DNA of 64,000 nucleotides from an uncultured Thermoleophilia bacterium (GTDB taxonomy: Bacteria; Actinomycetota; Thermoleophilia; UBA2241), in NCBI GenBank assembly GCA_963702475.1, contig CAVPCT010000009.1, forward strand, positions 224,001 to 288,000, in the 5' to 3' direction. The notes beneath the pieces were generated by a model that worked only from the letters and a program-made list of their open reading frames with translations, was not told the origin of the DNA and ran no database searches. The stretch's first letter is position 1, and the number at the start of each line of letters is the position of its first letter. Both the position numbers and the translations under genes were made by a program. Of this stretch, positions 1 through 10,310 are shown piece after piece.

Positions 1-926
1 CGGCGTACCGCTACTGCACCAGTCTCCTCATCAAGGGTGAGTACCTGGACAAGGCGGCGTTCGAGAGGTTCCTTCTGCCCATCGGCGACAGCGCCCTGGT
101 GGTCGGCGACGAGCGCATGGTCAAGGTGCACGTGCACACCAACGATCCCGGTGTGGTGCTCACGCAGGCGCTCACCGTGGGCTCCATCGGCGAGGTCGAG
201 ATCAACGACATGCACGAGCAGACGCGCGCTCGAGACGAGCGCCTGCAGGACCGCGCGGCGCTGTCTGAGAACGGGACGGTGGTGGTCGCCGTGGTCGCCG
301 GAGAAGGCAACAAGGCGCTCTTCCGCGAGCTGGGCTGCGCCGCCATCGTCGACGGCGGTCAGTCCATGAACCCCAGCGCGGCGCAGCTGCTCGAGGCCGT
401 GGAGGCGCTGGGCGCCGAGGAGGCCGTCATCCTGCCCAATAACGGCAACGTCATCCTCACGGCCGAGCAGGCCGCGGGCATGAGCGCCAGCCACATCGCC
501 GTGGTGCCGTCGAGCTCCATCCCCGTCGGTCTCGCGGCCATGGTCGCGTTCGACCCGGACGCCGACGCCGTGGACAATGCCCGCCTCATGCAAGACGCCA
601 TCGCAGAGGTGCGTTCAGCCGAGGTCACCCACGCGGTGCGCGACTCCGAGCTCGACGGCGTGCAGGTCCTCAAGGACCAGGCCATGGGCCTTGTCGACGG
701 ACGTCTGGTGGCGGCCGCGGCGTCGCTCGAGGAGGCCTTCGCCGGCGTGCTCGAGGCGTTCGCCGAGGGTGGTGCGGAGTACATCACCGTACTCACCGCC
801 CTCAACGGCTGGGGCGTGTCGCACGAACGGCTCGCGGAGCTGGCCGCTGAGCTTGCGCCCGAGGCGGAGGTCCACTTCCACGAGGGCGGCCAGCCGCTCT
901 ATCCCATCCTTGCCAGCGCGGAGTGA
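1..926 (+). CDS. fakA: DAK2-domain fatty acid kinase subunit A (YloV/FakA), 5'-truncated by window edge
   Basis: KVHVHT, GGQSMNPS, ILPNN and GGQPLY motifs of the YloV C-terminal half; followed by degV and recG. Confidence 0.9.
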   Translation, partial: AYRYCTSLLIKGEYLDKAAFERFLLPIGDSALVVGDERMVKVHVHTNDPGVVLTQALTVGSIGEVEINDMHEQTRARDERLQDRAALSENGTVVVAVVAGEGNKALFRELGCAAIVDGGQSMNPSAAQLLEAVEALGAEEAVILPNNGNVILTAEQAAGMSASHIAVVPSSSIPVGLAAMVAFDPDADAVDNARLMQDAIAEVRSAEVTHAVRDSELDGVQVLKDQAMGLVDGRLVAAAASLEEAFAGVLEAFAEGGAEYITVLTALNGWGVSHERLAELAAELAPEAEVHFHEGGQPLYPILASAE

Positions 927-933
927 GGTCCTC

Positions 934-1794
934 ATGAACACCAGCCTCAGCCTCGACAACACGGCCATCGTCCTCGACTCCACCTCCGACCCCTCGGACG
1001 GCTTCTTCGACCGCCCCGGGCTTTTCATGGTCCCGCTCAAGGTGCACTTCGGCGACGAGACGTATCGTGACGGCGTCGACATGACCTACCAGGAGTTCTT
1101 CGCCAAGCTCGAGGCGTCGGAGGTGCTCCCCACCACGTCGCAGCCCACCGCGGGCGAGTTCGCCGCCGTGTACGAGGAGGCGCGCAGCACGTACGAGCAC
1201 GTCTTCTCGCTGCACATCTCGGGCGAGATGAGCGGTACCGTGCGCGCCGCGCGTCAGGCGGCGGAGGCCATCGACAACGTGTACGTGTACGACCTGCGCA
1301 CGGTCACGACGGCCCTGGCCCTGGGAGGCGAGCGCCTGCGCGCCCACCTCGAGCGGGGGTGCACGCTCGACGAGGCCAAGAGCTACATCGAGTACTTCAT
1401 CGAGCACCACGGCCTGCTCATCCACGCGGCCACGCTCGAGTACCTGCGCCGCGGCGGCCGCATCGGACGCGCCGCCTCGTTCGTCGGCGGCGTGTTCGAC
1501 ATCAAGCCGCTCATCACCGACGAAGAGGGGTTCCTCAAGGGCTACGCCAAGGTCCGCGGCACGAAGAAGGCGCTCGACGCCATGCAGCGCTTCGTCGAGG
1601 AGCGCAGCAAGCCCGACGACGAGGTGTACTTCTGCACGATCGACGCCATCAACTACGAAGAGCCCTCTCTCATCCGCGAGATGATCGAGCGCATCAGGCC
1701 CAACGCGCACTTCGTGCTGCACGGGCACGTGGCCGCGGTCGTCGGCACCCACATCGGCCCGGGCACGTCGGCGTTCGCCATCATCCCGGAGTAG
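934..1794 (+). CDS. DegV family fatty-acid binding protein (FakB)
   Basis: DSTSD, PTTSQP, ISGEMSGT, LRRGGRI and GTHIGPG motifs; ATG at 934 after GAGG. Confidence 0.92.
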   Translation: MNTSLSLDNTAIVLDSTSDPSDGFFDRPGLFMVPLKVHFGDETYRDGVDMTYQEFFAKLEASEVLPTTSQPTAGEFAAVYEEARSTYEHVFSLHISGEMSGTVRAARQAAEAIDNVYVYDLRTVTTALALGGERLRAHLERGCTLDEAKSYIEYFIEHHGLLIHAATLEYLRRGGRIGRAASFVGGVFDIKPLITDEEGFLKGYAKVRGTKKALDAMQRFVEERSKPDDEVYFCTIDAINYEEPSLIREMIERIRPNAHFVLHGHVAAVVGTHIGPGTSAFAIIPE

Positions 1795-3956
1795 TCACGC
1801 CAGACCAGCTTCCGCTCCGTTTCGGGGGCGGCCGGTACGCCGCACGGCCGCCCACCCCGCGACTCTGCTTCCGTCCCGGCGCGCTCGACCGTCCCCTCGC
1901 GGACCTCGACCACGTCACGCCGCACGTGGCCAGGCGCCTCGCCGCCTTCGGCCTCGAGACGGTCGGCGACCTCATCGACCACTTCCCGCGCCGCTACGAG
2001 GACTTCCGTGACCGCAAGCTCATCCGTGACCTCAAGGTCGGGGAAGAGGCGACCGTGCGTGGCGTGGTCGTCAGCGTCTCGGCCGAGCGCACCTCCCGCC
2101 GCCGGGTGGACGTCGTGCGTGCTGCGGTGCGCGATGAGACGGGCAGCGTCGAGGCCGTGTGGTTCAACCAGAGGTACCTGACGAAGGTCCTGGTCGAGGG
2201 CGTGCACGTCAGCCTGCGCGGCACGTACAGGCCGCGTGGCGGGCACGCCACCTTCACCGTCAAGAGCCACGAGATCCTCGAAGAGGAAGAGTCGGGTTCC
2301 GTCCACACCGAGGGCGTCGTGCCGGTGTACCCCGCCAGTGAACAGGTATCGGCGCGCCTGCTGCGCGGGCTCCTGCGTGAGGTGCTGCCCGAGATGCGCC
2401 GCCTGCCGGACCCGCTGCCCGCGTGGCTGCGGGCGCGCGAGCGCCTGCCGGGGCGGGCCGATGCGACCTTGGCCGTGCACGCGCCGTGGGACGTACACGC
2501 GGCGCGCGTGGCGCGCGCCAGGCTGGTCCTGGAGGAGCTGCTGCTCATGCAGACGGGCCTGCTGCTGCACAAGCAGCAGGAGCAGCGGCGCGTCAGCGCT
2601 CCCGAGTTCGCGCCGCCCGGCGACCTGGCCGCCGCCTTCCTCGACTCGCTCCCGTTCGAGCTCACCACGCACCAGCTCGAGGCCCTCGACGAGCTCGAGG
2701 GCGATCTGCGGCGCGACGTCCCGATGCGCCGGCTGCTGCAAGGCGACGTGGGTTCCGGCAAGACGGTCGTCGCCCTGTACTGTCTGGTGCGCGCCGCCGA
2801 GGCCGGCAGGCAGGGCGCGCTCATGGCGCCGACGGAGACGCTCGCGGCGCAGCATGCGGAGACGGCCGCGCGGCTGGTGGGCTCGCTCATGCCCACGGAG
2901 TTGCTCACGGCGTCGCTGGGCGTGCGCGAACGGCGCGAGACGCTGGAGCGCATCGCCTCGGGCGCCGCCGGTCTCGTGATCGGCACGCACGCGCTGCTCC
3001 AGGAGGACGTCGCGTTCTCACGTCTCGGCCTGCTCGTCGTGGACGAGCAGCACCGCTTCGGCGTGGAGCAGCGCGACGCGCTGGTGCGGCGCGCCGAGCA
3101 CGGCGGCCACGCGCCGCACGTCCTGCACATGACCGCCACTCCCATCCCGCGCACCCTGGCGCTCACCGTGTACGGCGACCTGGACGTGACGACGATCGCC
3201 GGGGTGCCGTCCGGGCGCCGACCTGTCGTCACCCGCTTGGTTGACGAGGCGCAGCGCGAGACGGGCTACGAGTTCGTGCGCGGACAGCTGGCCAGGGGCA
3301 GGCAGGTCTACGTGGTCTGCCCAGCCATCGATGAGTCTGACGCCTTCGACGCCACCACCGCCGTAGCCGAGGCGGAGCGCCTGCAGGCCGGGCCCTTCCG
3401 CGACGCGTGTGTCGCGGTGGTGCACGGCCAGCTCAAGGCCGCCGACCGTGATGCCGTCATGCGCGCCTTCAAGGCCGGGAAGGTCCACGTACTGGTGGCC
3501 ACCAGCCTCATCGAGGTCGGCATCGACGTGCCCAACGCCACCGTCATGATCGTGGAGGGCGCCGAGCGCTTCGGGCTGGCCCAGCTGCACCAGCTGCGCG
3601 GCCGCGTGGGGCGCGGCACCGAGAAGTCGTACTGCCTGCTCTTCTCGAACGCCGAGACCGGCGCGTCGCAGGCTCGACTCGAAGCCCTCCTCGAGACCAA
3701 CGACGGCTTCGTCCTCGCCGACCGCGACCTGGAGATCCGCGGGGAGGGCCAGGTGATGGGAGCGCGCCAGGCTGGTGTGCCCGACCTCAAGCTCGCCCGC
3801 CTGGCGCGCGACCGCAAGGCCCTGCTGCGTGCCCGCGAGCTGGCCGCGGAGATCCTCGCCGCCGACCCGCAGCTCTCGAGCTCCGTGAACGCGCCGCTCG
3901 CCGACGCAGTGCGCGGGGCCTTCGGCCACGAGCTCGCCTGGCTGTTGAAGGCTTGA
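1791..3956 (+). CDS. recG: ATP-dependent DNA helicase RecG (start uncertain; first in-frame canonical start after degV is GTG 1926)
   Basis: FPRRYED, QGDVGSGKT, DEQHRFG, MTATPIPRTL and QLHQLRGRVGRG motifs. Confidence 0.95.
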   Translation, partial: VVTPDQLPLRFGGGRYAARPPTPRLCFRPGALDRPLADLDHVTPHVARRLAAFGLETVGDLIDHFPRRYEDFRDRKLIRDLKVGEEATVRGVVVSVSAERTSRRRVDVVRAAVRDETGSVEAVWFNQRYLTKVLVEGVHVSLRGTYRPRGGHATFTVKSHEILEEEESGSVHTEGVVPVYPASEQVSARLLRGLLREVLPEMRRLPDPLPAWLRARERLPGRADATLAVHAPWDVHAARVARARLVLEELLLMQTGLLLHKQQEQRRVSAPEFAPPGDLAAAFLDSLPFELTTHQLEALDELEGDLRRDVPMRRLLQGDVGSGKTVVALYCLVRAAEAGRQGALMAPTETLAAQHAETAARLVGSLMPTELLTASLGVRERRETLERIASGAAGLVIGTHALLQEDVAFSRLGLLVVDEQHRFGVEQRDALVRRAEHGGHAPHVLHMTATPIPRTLALTVYGDLDVTTIAGVPSGRRPVVTRLVDEAQRETGYEFVRGQLARGRQVYVVCPAIDESDAFDATTAVAEAERLQAGPFRDACVAVVHGQLKAADRDAVMRAFKAGKVHVLVATSLIEVGIDVPNATVMIVEGAERFGLAQLHQLRGRVGRGTEKSYCLLFSNAETGASQARLEALLETNDGFVLADRDLEIRGEGQVMGARQAGVPDLKLARLARDRKALLRARELAAEILAADPQLSSSVNAPLADAVRGAFGHELAWLLKA

Positions 3957-4063
3957 GGGCCGCGGCGCCGGTGAAGCGGGCGGCGGCCGCCGAGGCGCCG
4001 TGCCGCGGCTGCGCGCGCACCCGCCGCCCCCTGGCCGCGCCCGGCCCGCCGGCGCGCCTCCCG

Positions 4064-4069
4064 TATACT
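4064..4069 (+). promoter_or_regulatory. -10 box TATACT 6 nt before ATG (probable leaderless transcript)
   Basis: ccgTATACTcaacacATG; no SD sequence. Confidence 0.65.
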
Positions 4070-4075
4070 CAACAC

Positions 4076-6679
4076 ATGCGCACGCCCGAGCTCATCGCCA
4101 CCCACACCAACACCGACTTCGACGCATTCGCGGCCATGGTGGCCGCCCGCAAGCTCTACCCCGAGGCGGCCGTCAGCCTGGGCGGTGCCGTGAACCGCAA
4201 CGTCCGTGAGTTCCAGGCGCTGTACGCCGATCTCATCCCTGTGGTGGACCCGGCGGACGTGGAACACGACAGCGTCCGCCGCCTCATCCTCGTCGACACC
4301 GTCCATGCCAACCGGCTCGGCGAGCTGAGCGACCTGTGCACGCGAGACGGGGTCCAGGTCGTCGCCTTCGACCATCACACCCACCTGGACGATCTGCCGG
4401 CCTTCCTCAGCCCCGACGCTCTCGTCACCTCTGCGGACGGCTCACTCGTCACCCTGTTCGTGCGCATCATCGCCGAGAGGGGCCTGCCCATCTCGGCGTT
4501 CGAGGCATCGGTGTTCGCGCTGGGCATCCACGAAGACACCGGTTCGCTCACGTTCTCCACCACGACGCCGGGCGACGCAGAGGCCCTGGCGCTGTGCATG
4601 CAGATGGGCGCGGACACCGTGTTGCTGGAGAAGTGGCTGGCCAACACGCTGACGCCGGCCCAGCGCCGCACCCTGGCCGGGGCGCTGCAGACCGCCGAGG
4701 AGCTGCCCGTCGAGGATGCCACGGTCCTGCTGTCCGCCCTGCGCCAGGACCTCTACGTGGAGGGCGTCAGCGTCGTGGCCCACCGCGTCATGGACCTCAC
4801 GGGCTGCGACGGCTACTTCCTGCTCGTGGCCATGGAGAACCGCGTCTTCGTCACCGCGCGGAGTCGCGGCAACCGGCTCGACGTGGCCCGCGCTCTGGCC
4901 GCCGTCGGCGGAGGCGGCCACCCTGCGGCCGCCTCGGCCGTCGTGAAGGACCGGACCCTCGAGGAGGTTGCCGCGGTCGTCAGGGCGGCCGTCCCCTCGT
5001 CCGTGATCCCCGTGCAGAAGGTCGAGGAGGTCATGGTCGCGGCGCCGCCGGTGGTGGACGCCGTCACGACCGTCGACGACGCCGCGCTGCTCTGCCGGCG
5101 GGAGGGGCTCGGCGGCACCCTGGTGGCCGACGAAGGCCGCCTCGTGGGCAAGGTCGCGCTGTCGGACCTCGAGCGTGCCTCGGCACACGGCCTCGGCCAC
5201 GCGCCGGTCAAGGCCGTGATGACGGCGCGGGTCACACTGGTGCCGGCGCGCATGTCCGTCGAGCGCGCCGCCGTTGCGGTCGCGCAGGAGGAGATCGGAT
5301 GGGCGCCGGTCACGCGCGGCGGTGCCCCGGAGCCGGCGCTTGACGAGGTGCTGGGCGCCGTGACGCGCAGGTCGCTGTCGGGGATGGCGCCCGTGACGCC
5401 GCCGGCACCGGTGGTCGCGAACCTCGCCGGAGAGCTGGGCGAGCTGGGGCTCGACCACCTCTTCCGCCAGATCCAGGCGGTCGCGGCCGGCGTGCGTGGC
5501 GTGTACCTCGTGGGCGGCGCCGTCCGCGACGTGCTGCTCCGCCAGCCGGGCTTCGACGTCGACATCGCCGTCGAGGGCGACGGCATCGCCTTCGCCGCCG
5601 ACCTCGCGGCCCGGCTCAAAGGACACGTGCGTCCCCACGAGAAGTTCGGCACGGCGGTCGTGGTCGCCGACGGCCCGGAGGGAGAGCACTGGCGCGTCGA
5701 CGTCGTCTCGACACGCTCGGAGTCCTACGAGCATCCGGGCGCCCTGCCCAAGGTCGAGCACGCCGGCATCCGCAGCGACCTGGCGCGCCGCGACTTCAGC
5801 ATCAACGCCATGGCCGTGTCGCTCAAGCCCGAGACCTTCGGCGACGTCCTCGACTACTACGGCGGCCTCGAAGACCTGCGGGCCCGCCGCATCGTCGTGC
5901 TCCACAACCTCAGCTTCATCGAGGACCCCACGCGCGTGCTGCGGGCGATCCGCTACGAGAACCGGTACGGCCTCCGCATGGACGGCCATACATACAACCT
6001 GGCGCGGGCGTGCTGCGCCATGGACCTGGTCGGCGACCTCTCCTCCGCGCGCCTGCGCGATGAGCTGGTCTCGCTGCTGGAGGAAGAGCGTGCCGACTTC
6101 TCGCTGCGACGCATGGAGGAGCTGGGCCTGACGCCATCGATCCACGGGCGTCTGCGCGCCGACCCGCACACCAGGGAGCTCATCAAGCGCAGCGACAGGC
6201 TGCGCTCTGCCCATCACCTCGAGAACGAGCTGCCTCGCTGGCGGCTGCGCCTCATCTGGATGCTCCGCGACCTGGAGCCGGAGGACATCGCCTTGTGGAC
6301 CGAACGGATGCGGATCAAGCGGCAGGACGCGGACGTGCTCGAACGCGGTCTCGTCCTGGGTCGCCGCCTGGCCGGCCGCGTACGCCGAGGCCCCGGGGAA
6401 GCGGAGCTCTACGATCTCGTGAGCGGCGAGCCGCTCGAGGCCGTGCTCGCCGCGATGACGCTGGACGAGACCGACGTGGCCGCGGCGCGCCTGGGGCGGT
6501 ACCTCGACGTGACCAGGCAGGTGCGGCTCGAGATCACCGGCGAGGATCTCCTCGCCCTCGGGTTCCCGACCTCGCCACAGATCGGCGAGGTCCTGCGCAG
6601 CGTGCTGCACCTCAAGCTGAACGGGGTGGTCCGCGGCCGGGAGCAGGAGCTTGAGGCGGCCGCGAGGATGCGCCCATGA
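4076..6679 (+). CDS. DHH-DHHA1-CBS-class II tRNA nucleotidyltransferase (A-adding/CCA-adding type)
   Basis: THTNTDFD, DHH, EDTG and GGGGH (DHH family); CBS pair; GGAVRD..DVDI, RRDFSINAMA and EDPTRVLR (PolyA_pol). Confidence 0.9.
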   Translation: MRTPELIATHTNTDFDAFAAMVAARKLYPEAAVSLGGAVNRNVREFQALYADLIPVVDPADVEHDSVRRLILVDTVHANRLGELSDLCTRDGVQVVAFDHHTHLDDLPAFLSPDALVTSADGSLVTLFVRIIAERGLPISAFEASVFALGIHEDTGSLTFSTTTPGDAEALALCMQMGADTVLLEKWLANTLTPAQRRTLAGALQTAEELPVEDATVLLSALRQDLYVEGVSVVAHRVMDLTGCDGYFLLVAMENRVFVTARSRGNRLDVARALAAVGGGGHPAAASAVVKDRTLEEVAAVVRAAVPSSVIPVQKVEEVMVAAPPVVDAVTTVDDAALLCRREGLGGTLVADEGRLVGKVALSDLERASAHGLGHAPVKAVMTARVTLVPARMSVERAAVAVAQEEIGWAPVTRGGAPEPALDEVLGAVTRRSLSGMAPVTPPAPVVANLAGELGELGLDHLFRQIQAVAAGVRGVYLVGGAVRDVLLRQPGFDVDIAVEGDGIAFAADLAARLKGHVRPHEKFGTAVVVADGPEGEHWRVDVVSTRSESYEHPGALPKVEHAGIRSDLARRDFSINAMAVSLKPETFGDVLDYYGGLEDLRARRIVVLHNLSFIEDPTRVLRAIRYENRYGLRMDGHTYNLARACCAMDLVGDLSSARLRDELVSLLEEERADFSLRRMEELGLTPSIHGRLRADPHTRELIKRSDRLRSAHHLENELPRWRLRLIWMLRDLEPEDIALWTERMRIKRQDADVLERGLVLGRRLAGRVRRGPGEAELYDLVSGEPLEAVLAAMTLDETDVAAARLGRYLDVTRQVRLEITGEDLLALGFPTSPQIGEVLRSVLHLKLNGVVRGREQELEAAARMRP

Positions 6680-7317
6680 ACGGCAACGAGCTCTTTCTGC
6701 GCTTCCTCCTCACTCTCCCGCTTCTGCTGCTCAGTCTCGTGGCGCACGAGCTCGCGCACGGGTGGGTCGCCGACAGGCTCGGCGATCCTACGCCACGCGA
6801 GCACGGCCGCCTGACCCTGAACCCCATCAAGCACCTGGACCTCTGGGGCACGGTGTTCCTCGTGGTCTCGTTCGTGGGCTCGGGCGGGCAGTTCTTCTTC
6901 GGCTGGGCCCGCCCGGTGCCCATCAGCCCGTGGCGCTTCAAGGACCCGCAGCGTGGGGAGATGCTCGTGTCGGTCGCGGGGCCGGCGGCCAACTTCGCGC
7001 TCGCCGCCGTCAGCTGCGGGGCCATCTGGCTCACCTACACCTGGAGCCTGTTCCTGGCCCAGGTCCTGCTCCTGTGTTTCGTGCTCAACGTCATCCTGGG
7101 GACCTTCAATCTGCTTCCCATCCCGGGGCTTGACGGCGGCGGCGTGGTGGGCGGGCTGCTGCCGCGCAAGGCCTGGCTGCGGTGGCTCGGCTGGAGCCGG
7201 TACGGCACGTGGGTGTTCATCGGCATCTTCCTGCTGCTCATGGCGTTCCCAGGCCTGTTCGACGCCACCATCGGCGCCGTGCTGCGCTGGTCGTACACGC
7301 TGCTCCCGGGTGGTTGA
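6676..7317 (+). CDS. Site-2 protease family (M50) membrane metalloprotease
   Basis: HELAH, AGPAAN and FNLLPIPGLDG motifs; hydrophobic. Confidence 0.92.
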   Translation: MNGNELFLRFLLTLPLLLLSLVAHELAHGWVADRLGDPTPREHGRLTLNPIKHLDLWGTVFLVVSFVGSGGQFFFGWARPVPISPWRFKDPQRGEMLVSVAGPAANFALAAVSCGAIWLTYTWSLFLAQVLLLCFVLNVILGTFNLLPIPGLDGGGVVGGLLPRKAWLRWLGWSRYGTWVFIGIFLLLMAFPGLFDATIGAVLRWSYTLLPGG

Positions 7318-8128
7318 CGTGGGCGCGGACGGAGGCTCGCTTGGCCCCTCAGGGGAGACCGCCTGGCGCGAGGCGGGCGCTCTGCGCTGGCTGGAATGGA
7401 GGGCCGGTGAAGCGGTCGCCGCGTTCCCCTCGCGCGAGGGCGGTGTCTCGGCGCCGCCCTTCGACAGCCTGAACCTCGGTCTGTCGGTCGGCGACGACCC
7501 CTCGGCCGTGCTCGTGAACCGGCGCCGGTTCTGGGGCGCGGTGGGGCTGGAGCCGGGGCGCGTGGTGGTGCCCGGGCAGGTGCACGGCACCACGCTGGGC
7601 TGGGTCGGGGAGGCCGAGGCGGGGCGCGGCGCCGCCGATCGCGAGAGCGTGCTCCACGAACACGACGCGCTTCTCACGGCCACGCCCGCGCTTGGGCTCG
7701 TGGTGAGCTACGCCGACTGCGTGCCGGTGGTGATCCTGGCGAGCGGCCCGCAGGGCCCCGCGCTCGCCACCGTCCACGCCGGCTGGCGCGGCATGCTGGC
7801 CGGTATCGTCGGGGCGGCGGCGCGCGAACTCGCGAGCCGCGGCCGTCTTGCGGCCGCGGTCGTCGGCCCCAGCATCGGGCCGTGCTGCTTCGCCGTGGAC
7901 GACGGGCTGCGCGCACAGTTCGAGGCGCGGTTCCCGGGCTCGGCCGGCGCCGAAACCGTCGACCTCTGGGCGTGCGCCCGGCGGGAACTGGAGGCCGCCG
8001 GCCTCCCGCGGGATGCGGTCATGCTCACGAGCCTCTGCACGGCATCGGACGGCAGGTTCTTCTCCCACCGCAGGGACCGCGGTGCGACCGGCCGTCATCT
8101 GGCGATAGCATGGCTGCAGGCATCGTGA
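7310..8128 (+). CDS. pgeF: YfiH/PgeF polyphenol-oxidase-like / purine nucleoside phosphorylase family
   Basis: SLNLG, QVHG, ADCVPV, HAGWRG, GPSIGPCC and FFSHR motifs. Confidence 0.9.
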   Translation: MVDVGADGGSLGPSGETAWREAGALRWLEWRAGEAVAAFPSREGGVSAPPFDSLNLGLSVGDDPSAVLVNRRRFWGAVGLEPGRVVVPGQVHGTTLGWVGEAEAGRGAADRESVLHEHDALLTATPALGLVVSYADCVPVVILASGPQGPALATVHAGWRGMLAGIVGAAARELASRGRLAAAVVGPSIGPCCFAVDDGLRAQFEARFPGSAGAETVDLWACARRELEAAGLPRDAVMLTSLCTASDGRFFSHRRDRGATGRHLAIAWLQAS

Positions 8129-8165
8129 AGCACGGACGCGCGCGAGCGCGGGGAGGAGGCTCGTA

Positions 8166-8858
8166 GTGGTCAGGCAGTTCGTGCCCAGAGTCGAGGTGGT
8201 CCGCGAGCGCTTCGCCGAAGTGGAGAGCCGGGTCGCCGCGGCCGCCGTGGCGGCCGGTCGCGACCCGGCCGACGTACGCGTGCTCGTCGCCACCAAGTAC
8301 GTGGCCGTCGAGCACCTGGGCGTGCTCGCCGAGGCCGGCGTGCGCCTGATCGGCGAGAACCGCGCCCAGGACCTCGTCGACAAGCACGAGCTCTACGGCG
8401 ACGTGTTCGAGTACCACTTCATCGGGCACCTGCAGAGCCGCAAGACCAGGACGGTGCTGCCCCTCGTCACGCTCATCCACTCCGTGGACGGCATGAGCGT
8501 GGTACAGGAGATACAGGCCCGGGCCGCGAACACCACAGACGTGCTGCTCGAGGTCAACATCGCCGGCGAAGAGACGAAGAGCGGCCTCGCCCTCGCGGAC
8601 GTGGACGCGTTCCTGGACGAGGCCGCCCACTGCGAGAAGGTCCGCTTCTGCGGCCTGATGTGCATGCCGCCGCTGGGCGACGACCCCGAGCACGCGCGCC
8701 CGTACTTCGCGCGCACCCGCGAGCTGGCCGAACGGCTTTCGGCAGCCTGGCGGGGCACATATACTTTCGGACAGCTGTCGATGGGCACAAGCGCCGACTA
8801 CGAGGTCGCGGCGCAAGAGGGCGCGACCGTCGTGCGTGTGGGCAGCGTGCTCTTCTGA
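8166..8858 (+). CDS. yggS: PLP homeostasis protein YggS
   Basis: VATKY, GENRAQ, HFIGHLQ, LSMGTS.DY and VRVGS motifs; GGAGG SD. Confidence 0.93.
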   Translation: MVRQFVPRVEVVRERFAEVESRVAAAAVAAGRDPADVRVLVATKYVAVEHLGVLAEAGVRLIGENRAQDLVDKHELYGDVFEYHFIGHLQSRKTRTVLPLVTLIHSVDGMSVVQEIQARAANTTDVLLEVNIAGEETKSGLALADVDAFLDEAAHCEKVRFCGLMCMPPLGDDPEHARPYFARTRELAERLSAAWRGTYTFGQLSMGTSADYEVAAQEGATVVRVGSVLF

Positions 8859-8876
8859 GACGGTAGGGAGGGACCC

Positions 8877-9440
8877 ATGGGCTTGGGCGATACGTGGCAC
8901 AAGGTGGCGGTGTACTTCGGTATCGCCGACGACGAGGACGACTACGACGAGGACGAGACGCTCGCCCCGCACGAGGAGCTCGAGCGCTCGTACCAGGAGC
9001 GTCCCAACGTCCGCAAGCTCGACAGCGCCGGCGGTCGCGGGCGCACCGACTACGACGACATCTTCGCCGACGAGCCGCGCCGCGGCAGCGGCGCGAGCGC
9101 GACTCGGGGCTCCTCCTCCGCTTCTCCGGTCGTGCGCGCCGTGCAGCCCGCGCGCCCGCCGCGTGTGGAGGTCCACCTCGTCATCCCCAAGAACTTCAAC
9201 GACGCGCAGCAGATCGCCGACAAGTTCAAGGTCGACGTGCCTGTCATCATCAACCTGCAAAGCTCCGACACCGAGCTGGCCAAGCGCCTCATCGACTTCT
9301 GCAGCGGGCTCACCTACGCCCTCGACGGCGGCATGCAGCGCGTGGGGGAGAAGATCTTCCTGCTCACGCCGCGCAACGTCGAGGTCTCGGCCGAGGAGCG
9401 TGCGCGCCTCATCGAGAAGGGCTTCTTCAATCAGTTCTGA
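8877..9440 (+). CDS. sepF: Cell division protein SepF
   Basis: PVIINL..AKRLIDFCSG..IFLLTP. Confidence 0.93.
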   Translation: MGLGDTWHKVAVYFGIADDEDDYDEDETLAPHEELERSYQERPNVRKLDSAGGRGRTDYDDIFADEPRRGSGASATRGSSSASPVVRAVQPARPPRVEVHLVIPKNFNDAQQIADKFKVDVPVIINLQSSDTELAKRLIDFCSGLTYALDGGMQRVGEKIFLLTPRNVEVSAEERARLIEKGFFNQF

Positions 9441-9454
9441 GCGGACCTCCTGAG

Positions 9455-10240
9455 ATGATCGTCGGCTTCATCGGCGCCGGGCACATCGCTCACGCCCTCG
9501 CCGAAGGGTGGAGCCGTCCCAGCCTTGCAGATCCACCCCAGCTGCGCTTCTTCGACGTCGACGCCGGTCGCGCGGCCGAGCTCGCCGCCGCCTGCGGCGG
9601 CGCGGTGGCCACCGCGCCCGGCGCGCTCGTCCGCGCCTCCGATCTGGTGCTGGTGTGCGTGCGTCCTCAGCACGTGGCCGAAGTGCTTTTCGGCATCGGC
9701 CCCGCGCTCGGCGACACGCCGCTTGTCTCCGTAGCCGCCGGCGTGACCCTGGACAGGGTCCTGGCGGCGTTGCCCGACGAGAGCCGCGTCGCGCGCGTGA
9801 TGCCGAACGTGGCCGCGGCCGTGGGCCTGGGCACGTTCCTGCTCGTGCCCGGAACGCTGGGGAGCGCCCAGGAGTCCGTCGAGGGTCTCTTCGCGCTCGC
9901 CGGCGAGGTCGTCACGATCGACGAGCGCCACTTCGACGCGGCCACGTCGGTGGCCGGCTGCATGCCGGGCATGCTGGGCCGCCTCGTCGTGGCCGTCGAG
10001 GCCGCAGGCGTCGCGCACGGCCTGCAGCCGCAGGTCGCCCGGCGCCTGGCCGTCTCCGGAGTGCACGGCGCGGCCGCCGTCATCGCCCGTGAGGGCGACC
10101 CGGCGGCCGTCGTCACCGCGACGGCGACGCCCGGCGGCATGACGGCCGCCGCTATCGAGGCCCTGGAAGAGCGCGACCTCGCTGCGGCGGTGCACGCCGC
10201 GGTCGCCGCCGCCACGGCCCGCGCGAGGGAGCTCGCGTGA
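9455..10240 (+). CDS. proC: Pyrroline-5-carboxylate reductase
   Basis: GFIGAG, SVAAGV, RVMPN and TPGGMT motifs; typical yggS-sepF-proC context. Confidence 0.88.
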   Translation: MIVGFIGAGHIAHALAEGWSRPSLADPPQLRFFDVDAGRAAELAAACGGAVATAPGALVRASDLVLVCVRPQHVAEVLFGIGPALGDTPLVSVAAGVTLDRVLAALPDESRVARVMPNVAAAVGLGTFLLVPGTLGSAQESVEGLFALAGEVVTIDERHFDAATSVAGCMPGMLGRLVVAVEAAGVAHGLQPQVARRLAVSGVHGAAAVIAREGDPAAVVTATATPGGMTAAAIEALEERDLAAAVHAAVAAATARARELA

Positions 10241-10310
10241 CCGCGTCGCTCACGGTCGCGCTCACCACGTCACATCACGACCGGCAGCGTGCCGGGGCTG
10301 GGGGGCCCGC

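Noticed and set aside
3953-4075. N-terminal extension of the nucleotidyltransferase from TTG 3953
   Set aside because: Low-complexity Ala/Arg/Pro sequence; DHH homology and the -10 box support ATG 4076
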